From positions 66,550 to 130,549 of the forward strand of contig CBDBZY010000029.1 in assembly GCA_965213685.1 (NCBI GenBank): 64,000 nt of DNA. The letters run 5' to 3'. Shown piece by piece: positions 55,588 through 64,000 of the stretch. This DNA comes from a bacterium. Its GTDB lineage: Bacteria > UBA8248. Made by a program: the position numbers and the translations under genes. The notes beneath the pieces were generated by a model. That model was not told the origin of the DNA and made no database searches. It saw nothing but the letters and a program-made list of their open reading frames with translations. Position 1 is the stretch's first letter. Each line of letters begins with the position of its first letter.

Positions 55588-56757
55588 TTACGCTTCCAGC
55601 CATCGTTCATGCTGCTGCAATGCGTAGCGGTCCGTCATCCCGGCGACATAATCGCAGACCATCCGATGCGGGCCGTCCACCTCCTCGCGTCTGCGTATGT
55701 GCTCCGGCATCTTGCGGGAATCGGCGATGTACAGGCGAAACAGCCCGCTCAACGTCTCTCGGGCGCTCTCCTCGAGTTTCAGGACACGTTCGTTCTTGTA
55801 CATCCGCTCCATCAGGAAACGCTTGAGTTCGACGTTCTTCTCGCTCATTTCCGCATCGAAGCGAATCACGTCATGTCCGGACTCCCGGACGTCCGAAACG
55901 TTTTTCAGCCCCCGGCTCTCAATGCGCCTCCGCGCGGATGAGATGATGTCCTGAGCCTGCGCGTTGATGATGCGGCGAATGGTCTCGTACTTACGCTCCC
56001 GGGGAGAGCAGTCGGGAAAGGACTTCTTCGCGTTCTCATGGTGCTCCCGCCAGAGCCGGGTATCCCGCGCATCTTCCGCGTCGAACAGCCTGGACGAGAG
56101 GCCATCGTCGAGGTCATGGTTGTTGTATGCAATCTCATCCGCCACGTCCACCACCTGGGCCTCGAGGCTGGGCGCGATGGCGTTCGTCAGGCCCGGAGGC
56201 ATCCGGCCTTCATACCGATCCAGATACTTGATGATTCCCTCGCGCGTCTCCCACGTCAGGTTCAGCCCCGGAAACGACGGGTAGCGCTTCTCCAGAACCT
56301 CGACAAGCCGCAAGGCCTGCAGGTTATGCTCAAACCCGCCGTGCTCCTTCATGAGTCCGTTTAAAACCTTTTCTCCGGCGTGCCCGAAGGGCGGGTGCCC
56401 CAGGTCGTGCGCGAGGGCAACGGCCTCGGCGAGGTCTTCATTCAGGCAGAGTGCGCGGGCGATGGAGCGCGCGATCTGGCTCACTTCGATGGTGTGCGTC
56501 AGCCGCGTTCGATAATGGTCCCCCTCATGATTCACGAAAACCTGGGTCTTGTATTCGAGCCTCCGAAACGCCTGCGTATGAATGATGCGGTCGCGGTCGC
56601 GCTGAAACGCCGTCCTCACGCCGTGCTCCGCCTCCGGATGCGTCCGCCCGAGACTATCGGCGCAATGCGTGGCGTAGGGCGCCAGAAGGTTGCGCTCCCG
56701 CTCCTCGATAGAGGCCCGAAAGTTGTCCATGTGCGCGCCCGACTCTCCGGACTTCAT
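55588..56757 (-). CDS. dgt: Deoxyguanosinetriphosphate triphosphohydrolase-like HD protein
   Basis: FQRDRDRI, FRRLEYKTQV, RTRLTH, AHDLGH, FEHN, DYVAGMTD. Confidence 0.92.
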   Translation of the reverse strand: MKSGESGAHMDNFRASIEERERNLLAPYATHCADSLGRTHPEAEHGVRTAFQRDRDRIIHTQAFRRLEYKTQVFVNHEGDHYRTRLTHTIEVSQIARSIARALCLNEDLAEAVALAHDLGHPPFGHAGEKVLNGLMKEHGGFEHNLQALRLVEVLEKRYPSFPGLNLTWETREGIIKYLDRYEGRMPPGLTNAIAPSLEAQVVDVADEIAYNNHDLDDGLSSRLFDAEDARDTRLWREHHENAKKSFPDCSPRERKYETIRRIINAQAQDIISSARRRIESRGLKNVSDVRESGHDVIRFDAEMSEKNVELKRFLMERMYKNERVLKLEESARETLSGLFRLYIADSRKMPEHIRRREEVDGPHRMVCDYVAGMTDRYALQQHERWLEA

Positions 56758-57698
56758 GGCATCTCCCGCGCAGGCGGAACGCCCGCGCGCCACGCGGCGA
56801 ACAAATAGGTCGTCGCCAGAGAGGCCCACGGGCGCCAACGATGCGCCCGGCTGCGCGCCGCCTCCTCGTCCACGCGCTCCTTCCCGAAACAATAGCGCGC
56901 CACGACCTTCTGCACGCCCAGATCGCCGCCGGGGAACACTTCCACCCGGCCAAGCGCCCGAAACAGCATCTGTTCGGCCGTCCAGCGACCCACGCCCCGT
57001 ATTTCCGTGAGACGGGCCACCGCCTCCTCGACGGGCAGGGCGCCCAGCTCCTCCCCGTCCAATCGCCCCTCCAGGGCGGCGCGCGCCACGCCCATCACAT
57101 ATTCCGCCTTCCGCTCCGAGAACTGCATCGCGCGAAACGTGGATACGCGCGCCCTCGCCAAACGCTCCGGACGCGGAAAAGCGTAATGCGGACGGTCGTC
57201 GACCCGCATTTTTCTCCCCCAGCGCCTCACCATGCGCCCCCGTATCCTCCCGGCGAACGTCAGGTTCACCTGCTGAGCCGTGATGGCCGTCACGAGCGCC
57301 TCGAACACGCTCAGGTGCCGCACCGGCCGAAGCCCCCGGAATCTTCTGGCGATGGGGGCCAAATCCGGGTCGCCCGCCGCCATCTCGTAGAATGGCTCCA
57401 GGTCGAGGCCGAAGGACAAAATGCGCCGGATGGCCTCCAGACCCGCGCGTTGGGCCGCTTTCGTCATCCGGCCCTCCGTGGCCATCCGAAGCCGAATCGC
57501 GCTCCCCGGCGCCTCCCCTTCGCTCCTGGCCTCCAGGAAAACCAGTTCGCCTCCGGAATCTTCCACCACCCTGCGGTACGCCCCGTCCGCATAGGAATTG
57601 ACGAATTCCTCGTCCGAGGCGCGAAAGCGCAGCAGGCTCTCATGGAACAGGAAAGGTTCCGGGGGATGCAGGATTTTCGTCACGGACCCCATGATCAT
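56754..57698 (-). CDS. alkA: DNA-3-methyladenine glycosylase II (AlkA family, no Ada domain)
   Basis: AITAQQV, AFP, HhH motif IRGVGRWTA, FPGGDLG, WRPW. Confidence 0.88.
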   Translation of the reverse strand: MIMGSVTKILHPPEPFLFHESLLRFRASDEEFVNSYADGAYRRVVEDSGGELVFLEARSEGEAPGSAIRLRMATEGRMTKAAQRAGLEAIRRILSFGLDLEPFYEMAAGDPDLAPIARRFRGLRPVRHLSVFEALVTAITAQQVNLTFAGRIRGRMVRRWGRKMRVDDRPHYAFPRPERLARARVSTFRAMQFSERKAEYVMGVARAALEGRLDGEELGALPVEEAVARLTEIRGVGRWTAEQMLFRALGRVEVFPGGDLGVQKVVARYCFGKERVDEEAARSRAHRWRPWASLATTYLFAAWRAGVPPAREMP

Positions 57699-58468
57699 TC
57701 CACCATCCGCCTGCTCACCAGAAAGCAGGCGATGACCAGGAACAAGCCGGTAAAACCGAGAAGAAAGGAAAAGTGCCAGACAAAATTATCGACGCGGCCA
57801 TAAATGAACAAGCCGCGCGAAATTCTCACCGCATGGGTCAGCGGCAGGGCGTCGGAGAACCGCTCCACCCACAACGGAAGTCCCTTGATGGGAAACAGGG
57901 TGCCCGCGAAGAAAAACATGGGCATGACAACGGCGGAGAAATAAAAATTGAAGAACGAGAAGCTGTGGGCCAGGGAGGTCGCGATGAGCCCCATGGCGGC
58001 GAACATCACCGCCTCGATGAACAGAACCGGGAGGATGGCTATCGCCCACCATGAGCCGACCAAACCGAACAGGCTCAAGACGATCAGCATCAAGGTCGAG
58101 CCAATCAACGCCCGGCTGGCACACCAAAGGAGGTCGCCCAGCACGATATCGCCCACCGTGAGCGGGGCCATCAGCATGGACTCGTAAACGTTCTGAATCC
58201 GCATTCTGGAATAGGCACCGTATGTGGATTCATACGTGGCGTTCCACATGGCGACGGAGACCATCAGCCCGGGGCCGATGAACTGCGCATACGAGACGCC
58301 ATCCAGACTCGGCACCAACCGGCCCAGCCCATAGCCAAACGCCACGAGCCACAAGATGTGCTCGCCCAGGTTGCCGGCCCATTCCGCCAGGTAAAAAGAG
58401 CGGTAGTACACCAGATGGCGAACCCAGACGCGAAAGGCGCGGTGACTCGGGGCCTCGGGCAGAAGCAT
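57695..58468 (-). CDS. ABC-2 transporter permease (NodJ-like)
   Basis: About 6 TM; FIGPGL, ESTY, FAGTLFP, LPLTH. Confidence 0.85.
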   Translation of the reverse strand: MLLPEAPSHRAFRVWVRHLVYYRSFYLAEWAGNLGEHILWLVAFGYGLGRLVPSLDGVSYAQFIGPGLMVSVAMWNATYESTYGAYSRMRIQNVYESMLMAPLTVGDIVLGDLLWCASRALIGSTLMLIVLSLFGLVGSWWAIAILPVLFIEAVMFAAMGLIATSLAHSFSFFNFYFSAVVMPMFFFAGTLFPIKGLPLWVERFSDALPLTHAVRISRGLFIYGRVDNFVWHFSFLLGFTGLFLVIACFLVSRRMVE

Positions 58469-58471
58469 CGA

Positions 58472-59389
58472 TCAATCCCTCAGTTCCCGGCCCGTGAGCC
58501 TCAAAAACAAATCCTCCAGCGTCGCGGGCCTCCTCAGGAAATCCTTCCGCCCCCAGGAGAGCAGATGCTCCATCACCCGCGTCCCGTCCTGGCTGTACAG
58601 GTACAATATGTCCGCCACGGCTTCGGCGGTGACGCGGAGGCCCTCCAGGGAAGCCATGAACTCCTTGGAGGCGCCTCCCCGCAACTCGTACACCTCATCG
58701 CCCACCTCCTGACGCACCAGTGCCTGCGGCGCGCCCTCCAGAAGGAACCTTCCCGCATCCATGATGCCGATGCGATCGCACATCTGGGCCGCCTCTTCCA
58801 TGTAGTGCGTGGTGAGGAGGATGGTGAGACCCTGGGACTTCAGCTCCCGGAGCCGCTGCCAGACAAGATGCCTGGCCTGCGGATCGAGGCCGGTGGTGGG
58901 TTCATCCAGAATCAAAAACTTCGGCCCGTGAATCAGGGCGCGCGCGATGTGGAGGCGCCGCTTCATGCCGCCGGAGAGGGTCTTGATCTGCGCATTCCAT
59001 TTTTCGCGGAGCTGCATGAAGTCGAGCAGATGCTCGATGCGGGAGAGCGAAGCCTTTCGGGAGATGCCGAAAAATCCCGCATAGACCCAAAGGTTCTCGT
59101 ATACCGTCAGGTCCCTGTCCAGGGTGTCTTCCTGCGACACGATGCCCATCTGCGCGCGGATGCGCCGGCTGTGGGTCATCACGTTTCTGCCGAGCACCTC
59201 CAGGCCGCCCATGTCGGGCAGAACGGCGCCGTGCAGCATCTTGATCGTCGTGGTTTTACCGGCCCCGTTCGGGCCCAGAATCCCGAAACACTCCCCGCGC
59301 TCCACCTGAAGCGAGACGCCGTCGACAGCCTTGAGGGTTCCGAAGGATTTTTCGATGCCGCGGGCGTCTATCACGAATCCAGACAACAA
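58472..59389 (-). CDS. ABC transporter ATP-binding protein (NodI/DrrA-like)
   Basis: GPNGAGKTT, LSGGMKRR, LDEPTTGLDPQAR, TTHYMEEA, LEDLFLRLTG. Confidence 0.9.
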   Translation of the reverse strand: MLSGFVIDARGIEKSFGTLKAVDGVSLQVERGECFGILGPNGAGKTTTIKMLHGAVLPDMGGLEVLGRNVMTHSRRIRAQMGIVSQEDTLDRDLTVYENLWVYAGFFGISRKASLSRIEHLLDFMQLREKWNAQIKTLSGGMKRRLHIARALIHGPKFLILDEPTTGLDPQARHLVWQRLRELKSQGLTILLTTHYMEEAAQMCDRIGIMDAGRFLLEGAPQALVRQEVGDEVYELRGGASKEFMASLEGLRVTAEAVADILYLYSQDGTRVMEHLLSWGRKDFLRRPATLEDLFLRLTGRELRD

Positions 59390-59419
59390 AAACTCCAGCA
59401 GCGCGGCAGGGGCGCTTGT

Positions 59420-60670
59420 TTATATGCCGCGAAGGCGCTCCGCCTCCGCCACTCTCTGGATCGCAATGATAAAGGCCGCCTTGCGCAAAGACACCTCTTC
59501 GCTCCTCGCCAGCTCATACACCTCAGCGGCCGCGCGCGCCATGATTCTGCCCAACTCCGCGTTCACCCGCCCTTCATCCCATCCGAACTGCTGGATGTTC
59601 TGCACCCACTCGAAATAGGAAACCGTGACGCCGCCCGCACTCGCCAGCACGTCCGGAATGAGCGCGATGTCGTGATTGTCCATCAATACTTTCTCGCCCA
59701 TATCCGTAACCGGGGCGTTGGCCGCTTCCAGGATGACGCGGGCTTTCACGTCCGCCGCGTTGCCCGCATGAATGGCGCCGCCAAGCGCCGCCGGGATCAG
59801 GATGTCCACATCCAGCGCCAGAAGCTCCTCGTTGGTGATTTCCTCGACTCCCTCCAGCCCCTCCAGGGTCCCCCGCTCCTTTCTGTGGGCCGCGGCGGCC
59901 TCGACGTCGATGCCATCGCCGTTAAAATACCCGCCCCTGCTGCCCGAGATAGCCAGCACCCTCACTCCGAGTTCCCGGATGAATCTGGCGGTGAAGGCGC
60001 CGACGTTCCCGAAACCTTGTATGGCCGCCGTCATGGTCGCGGGGTCCCACCCTTCCCTTCGGGCGATCTCCTCGAACGCCATCACGGCGCCCCGCCCCGT
60101 GGCGGCCTCGCGCCCCGGGGAGCCGCCCATGGAGAGAGGCTTTCCCGTGACGCAAGCCGGCGCATACCCCTTGCGCCCGCTGTATTCGTCGAAAATCCAC
60201 GCCATCACCTGGGCGTTCGTGTTGACGTCGGGTGCGGGAACGTCCCGGTAGGGGCCCAGGATTCGGCCGATGCGCGCGATAAATTTTCTGGTCATTCTCT
60301 CCACCTCAAAACGGCTGAGCGCCCGCACGTCGACGCAAATGCCGCCCTTCCCGCCGCCAAACGGGATGTTGACCAAAGCCGTCTTCCAGGCCATGAGCGC
60401 GGCGAGGCCGCGCACCTCGTCTATGTCCACCTCGTGGTGGTAGCGGATTCCTCCCTTGAAGGGGCCGCGCGCGCCGTTGAACTGAACGCGGTATCCCTCC
60501 CAGACGCCGAGGGAGCCGTCGTCTCTGCGGATGGGGACTTCGACTTTCATCTCACGGAAAGGCGTCTTGAGGAGGAGGCGCATCTCATCGTCTAAATCGA
60601 TGTGTTCTGCGACCTGGTCAAACTGCGCGTCAGCGGTCTCGGAGATGCCGGCCTGCTCCCCTTTCGACAT
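59420..60670 (-). CDS. gdhA: Glu/Leu/Phe/Val dehydrogenase (glutamate dehydrogenase)
   Basis: GPFKGGIR, PFGGGKGG, DVPAPD, TGKP, QGFGNVG, EAAN, GGVTVSYFEW. Confidence 0.92.
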   Translation of the reverse strand: MSKGEQAGISETADAQFDQVAEHIDLDDEMRLLLKTPFREMKVEVPIRRDDGSLGVWEGYRVQFNGARGPFKGGIRYHHEVDIDEVRGLAALMAWKTALVNIPFGGGKGGICVDVRALSRFEVERMTRKFIARIGRILGPYRDVPAPDVNTNAQVMAWIFDEYSGRKGYAPACVTGKPLSMGGSPGREAATGRGAVMAFEEIARREGWDPATMTAAIQGFGNVGAFTARFIRELGVRVLAISGSRGGYFNGDGIDVEAAAAHRKERGTLEGLEGVEEITNEELLALDVDILIPAALGGAIHAGNAADVKARVILEAANAPVTDMGEKVLMDNHDIALIPDVLASAGGVTVSYFEWVQNIQQFGWDEGRVNAELGRIMARAAAEVYELARSEEVSLRKAAFIIAIQRVAEAERLRGI

Positions 60671-60763
60671 GGGGTGTCTCCTCTCCTCCAAAGGAATCTC
60701 ACAAAGGGTGGGCGCGAATCCGCCCGGCGGGAAGGAGCCGGGACCCGGGCAACCGCCGAGAGG

Positions 60764-60997
60764 CTAATAATGGCCCGAGCACATGCCCCCGCAGCAGCCC
60801 CCGCCGGCCGAGTAGCCGCTAAAAGCCGGTGCGGACGCCGCCGCACCAGCGGAAGACCTGGCGAACAGGGAAAGTTTTTTGTGGACTTTTCTCGAGCCGC
60901 ATTCCGGACATTCTTGGGTATCCGCAACCTGCGCGGACGCAACGAGCATCTCAAAATCCGTTTCACAGCTTCCGCAAAGAAACTCATACATCGGCAT
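60764..60997 (-). CDS. FmdB-family zinc ribbon protein with Cys-rich tail
   Basis: MPMYEFLCGSC, CPECGS, GGCCGGMC. Confidence 0.85.
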   Translation of the reverse strand: MPMYEFLCGSCETDFEMLVASAQVADTQECPECGSRKVHKKLSLFARSSAGAAASAPAFSGYSAGGGCCGGMCSGHY

Positions 60998-61020
60998 GAT
61001 GGCTCTCTCCTCCCACAGAA

Positions 61021-61671
61021 TCAGCGCATTTCATTGGCCCGCCGCCAGTCCGCCAAAAATTTCTCCAGCCCGATATCCGTCAATGGATGCTGGAGCAGCT
61101 GCGCGATCACATGAAAGGGAATCGTCGCAACGTCCGCTCCCATTTTCGCGGCCTCGAGCAAATGGATCGGCGTCCGTATGCTGGCCACCAAGACCTGGGT
61201 GGCGTAGTCATAGTTCTGAAAGATGCGCACGATATCCCCCACCATCTGCATTCCCGGATGGGATATATCGTCCAGCCGGCCCACGAAAGGACTCACGAAC
61301 GAAGCCCCCGCCTTGGCCGAGAGCATGGCCTGGGTCGGGCTGAACACCAGGGTAACGTTTGTGTTGACGTTCTCCTCCCGCAGCGCCTTCACGGCGCGGA
61401 GGCCCTCCACGCCCACCGGCACCTTCACCACGACGTTCTCATGGAGCGCGGCCAGTGCGCGGCCCTCCTCCACCATCTCCCTCCACTCCGTAGCCACCAC
61501 CTCGGCACTCACCGGCCCATCGACTATCCCGCATATCTCCTTGATTCTCGTGTGATGGTCCGCCCCTTCTTTCGCGATGAGCGAGGGATTCGTCGTCACG
61601 CCATCCAATATGCCGGTGGAGGCCGCCTCGGCGATCTCCTCTACATTGGCCGTATCGATAAAAATCTTCAT
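61021..61671 (-). CDS. Transaldolase/fructose-6-phosphate aldolase (TalC/Fsa type)
   Basis: [45 protein letters not shown]. Confidence 0.95.
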   Translation of the reverse strand: MKIFIDTANVEEIAEAASTGILDGVTTNPSLIAKEGADHHTRIKEICGIVDGPVSAEVVATEWREMVEEGRALAALHENVVVKVPVGVEGLRAVKALREENVNTNVTLVFSPTQAMLSAKAGASFVSPFVGRLDDISHPGMQMVGDIVRIFQNYDYATQVLVASIRTPIHLLEAAKMGADVATIPFHVIAQLLQHPLTDIGLEKFLADWRRANEMR

Positions 61672-61710
61672 GTTCTCTCCCACACGCAAAATAAGACGAT
61701 GCCTCCGGGC

Positions 61711-61738
61711 ACATTACGCCACTGCGTCCAAATGTCAA
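61711..61738 (-). promoter_or_regulatory. Putative promoter for the transaldolase gene
   Basis: TTGACA, 16-nt spacer, TAATGT on the minus strand. Confidence 0.45.
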
Positions 61739-61801
61739 TATGGCGGCGCGCGGGAGGCGGCGGCAGACGCGCGCATCACGCATAGCTGGAGCGCGGCCCT
61801 C

Positions 61802-62074
61802 CTAACCGTCCGCCCCGGGCGGCCCGCCCCTGCTGGCGAATTTCTCCGCGCACGCATCGCAACAGAAAGAGCGCCTGGCACCACCGGCCCGTCTGGAAAC
61901 GCCTAGGCGGGAGGGGAAAAACGTCTCGCATTCCGGACAGCTCCACATCTCATCATCCAGGGCGTCCGCTCTGGTCCGATTCTGGGAGACCGCGCTCTTG
62001 ACGCTCCCGAGAAGGCTGCGAACGAGGTAATACGCCCCCCAGGACAACGCCAGATAGAATATCAATCGAAACAT
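61802..62074 (-). CDS. Small membrane-anchored protein with TRASH/YHS-like Cys motif
   Basis: N-terminal TM (MFRLIFYLALSW); CPEC...FCCDAC. Confidence 0.7.
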   Translation of the reverse strand: MFRLIFYLALSWGAYYLVRSLLGSVKSAVSQNRTRADALDDEMWSCPECETFFPSRLGVSRRAGGARRSFCCDACAEKFASRGGPPGADG

Positions 62075-62321
62075 CGCTCGCGCCTCGCCGCATCCCGCAT
62101 CAGCGGAAAAGGAAAAGCCCCATCCCATGCCCCGGGCCGCGCGCGGGGGGCATCATGGCGCGCGCACGGAGCATCCCGGGGCCTCCTCCTGTTTGGCGGC
62201 CGCTCCGTCGCCGACGGCTTTCGGGAACTACCGCCTCGCCGCCGGCGGAGGCTCCCCGCCCCGGGAGGCTTCTCCTCGATTGCGGCCGTCCCGATCCGAC
62301 CCCAAACCCCGTCCTGCGCCC

Positions 62322-62753
62322 TCAGTCGTATCTTCTGCCCAAATGGCGTATCCAGCCGCCCCGCTTTCTCCCCCTCGGGTCATGATGCGTCCAGTGGAGA
62401 ACCCCGCCCTTCCTGTTCCACTCGTAGAGGCCGCGCACCGCCACTTCGTGTGCCGCGTCCAGCGGCACCCGGGGAGCGATGTCGATGTTATGCGCCACGA
62501 GCAGGGTGTGTCCATCAAACAGGCGGATGATGAAGCGCTGGTGTCTCCTCCCCTTCAGGTCGTCTTTGAGAATCCGGACGACCTTCCCGCGGGCGGTGAG
62601 CCAGACGCCCGACCTGTTCGCCTCGAAGAGGGTCCTGGCCGCGGAGACCCCGCGTCGCGGCGGTGCGGCGAGGCCGCCGGCGGCGTCAGCGGAATGAAAC
62701 GCGCCGGATGCGAGGAGAGCGAGGAGGATGCAATGAGCCAGAATGCGCTTCAT
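62322..62753 (-). CDS. Exported DUF3465-like protein
   Basis: Signal peptide; DDLKGRRHQRFI, AHNIDIAPR, GLYEWN, HWTHHDP. Confidence 0.8.
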   Translation of the reverse strand: MKRILAHCILLALLASGAFHSADAAGGLAAPPRRGVSAARTLFEANRSGVWLTARGKVVRILKDDLKGRRHQRFIIRLFDGHTLLVAHNIDIAPRVPLDAAHEVAVRGLYEWNRKGGVLHWTHHDPRGRKRGGWIRHLGRRYD

Positions 62754-62768
62754 ATTCCCAAATCCCGT

Positions 62769-64000
62769 TTATGCGGTGCGGGCGCTTTTGATGCGCGCGT
62801 GATAATCCTGGAGGGAGCGCACCGAATACTTCCGCTCGCGCAGAATCCGTATGGCGCGGATGGCCGCCTGCCCGGCGGCCAGCGTCGTGCAGTAAAATAT
62901 ATTGCGCAGAAGCGCCGTTCTCCGGATGGAGAAGCTGTCCCTGATCGACTGCTTGCCGGCCGTGGTGTTGAGGACAAACTGCACCCTGCCCGCCACCATT
63001 TGATCCACGATGTGGCCCGGCTCGCCGTCGATGACCTTGTGCACGAAATCCGCCTCTATGCCGTTGGCCATGAGCGCCGCTCTCGTTCCGTCCGTGGACA
63101 CCAGGGAAAACCCGAGCTCGACGAGCAGTTGCGCCAATGGAACGATGGCCGCCTTGTCCTCGTCGCGAACGGAGACGAACGCCCGGCCCTCCCTCGGCAG
63201 GACGGCGCCGGCCCCCTCCTGGGCTTTCAGGAAAGCCGTGGGAAAATCCGCCCCCAGCCCCATCACCTCGCCAGTGGACTTCATCTCGGGGCCGAGGATG
63301 ACGTCGACGCCGGGGAATTTCTTGAACGGAAACACCGCCTCCTTGACGCCGAAATGCCCGGGCTGCGGGTCGTGACGCAGCCCCAGCCCCGCGAGGGTCT
63401 CGCCGGCCATCAGCCGGGCGGCGACCTTGGCGAAAGGCACGCCGACGACCTTGCTCACGTAGGGCACCGTGCGGCTCGCGCGCGGATTCACCTCCAGGAC
63501 GAAAACCTGGCGCTTGTGCACCGCGAACTGCACGTTGCCGAGGCCCACGACGTTCAGGGATTTCGCCAATATCCTCGTCTGGCGCTTCAACTCCTCCACA
63601 ATGTCGGGCCCCAGCGTATAGGGCGGGAGGGAGCATGCGGAATCCCCGCTGTGAATCCCCGCCTCCTCGATATGCTCCATCACGCCCGCGACAATCACCT
63701 CCCGGCCGTCGGACACGGCGTCCACGTCCACCTCCACGGAATCCTCCAGAAACCTGTCGATGAGGACGGGCCTTTCCGCAGAGGCGCGAACGGCCTCCCG
63801 CATGTAGGCGGCCAGATCGTCCGCGTCGTGCACGAGGGCCATGGCGCGCCCGCCGAGCACATAGCTGGGACGCACCAGCACGGGATACCCGATGGTACGG
63901 GCGATCCGGAGCGCGTCCTCCGCGTTCGTGGCCGTGCCGGAGGGGGGCTGGGTGAGGTGAAGGCGCTTGAGCATATCGCGGAACCTGTCCCTGTCCTCCG
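62769..64000 (-). CDS. carB: Carbamoyl-phosphate synthase large subunit (3' part; 5' end outside the window)
   Basis: RPSYVLGGRAM, EHIEEAGIHSGDS, EVNPRASRT, LGPEMKSTGEVMG, C-terminal MGS domain. Confidence 0.97.
   Translation of the reverse strand, partial: EDRDRFRDMLKRLHLTQPPSGTATNAEDALRIARTIGYPVLVRPSYVLGGRAMALVHDADDLAAYMREAVRASAERPVLIDRFLEDSVEVDVDAVSDGREVIVAGVMEHIEEAGIHSGDSACSLPPYTLGPDIVEELKRQTRILAKSLNVVGLGNVQFAVHKRQVFVLEVNPRASRTVPYVSKVVGVPFAKVAARLMAGETLAGLGLRHDPQPGHFGVKEAVFPFKKFPGVDVILGPEMKSTGEVMGLGADFPTAFLKAQEGAGAVLPREGRAFVSVRDEDKAAIVPLAQLLVELGFSLVSTDGTRAALMANGIEADFVHKVIDGEPGHIVDQMVAGRVQFVLNTTAGKQSIRDSFSIRRTALLRNIFYCTTLAAGQAAIRAIRILRERKYSVRSLQDYHARIKSARTA

Noticed and set aside
55588-56757. 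dGTPase as an anti-phage defence gene
   Set aside because: It looks like the common short housekeeping Dgt type, has host-like composition and has no defence-island context
57695-59389. Nodulation (Nod factor) system
   Set aside because: NodIJ-like ABC-2 exporters are widespread and no nodABC genes are present

Overview
A high-GC Gram-negative bacterial chromosome segment, almost entirely housekeeping genes. The gene orders resemble Deltaproteobacteria/Nitrospinota-like lineages (taxonomy is inference only). It contains: gmhA and a purine cluster (purB-C-S-Q-L-F); an envelope cluster (mltD-like, bamD, a sigma70-family factor lacking region 1.1, pgsA, plsY); tRNA-Leu(CAA); a long minus-strand aromatic/translation run (pheA-hisC-tyrA-cmk-[R-M island]-rpsA-ihfB-macro-miaA-aroK-aroC-nadX-2-hydroxyacid dehydrogenase-ilvE); trpEGDC with a Trp leader peptide and attenuator; truA; uvrA; a TCA cluster (icd-mdh-two-subunit fumarase-sucCD-ndk); rsmA; lepAB; an HtrA protease; a coupled ABC-2 exporter-alkA-dGTPase block; gdh; a transaldolase; and the 3' part of carB. 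No CRISPR, prophage, transposase or integrase was seen, and I found no clear-cut novel multi-gene system. The best leads are: (1) an m4C methyltransferase inserted between cmk and rpsA, coupled to a 33-aa ORF that looks like the fused N- and C-termini of an SmaI-like endonuclease; (2) a W-P-W trp attenuator; (3) an 8-Cys FYVE-like zinc-finger microprotein; (4) an IHF/HU protein with an SSB-like acidic 'DPFF' tail; (5) a Phe-rich uORF coupled to pheA; (6) the exporter-alkA-dGTPase block. Several single-base indels (purF, mltD, lepB) and a 31-C run suggest local assembly errors.
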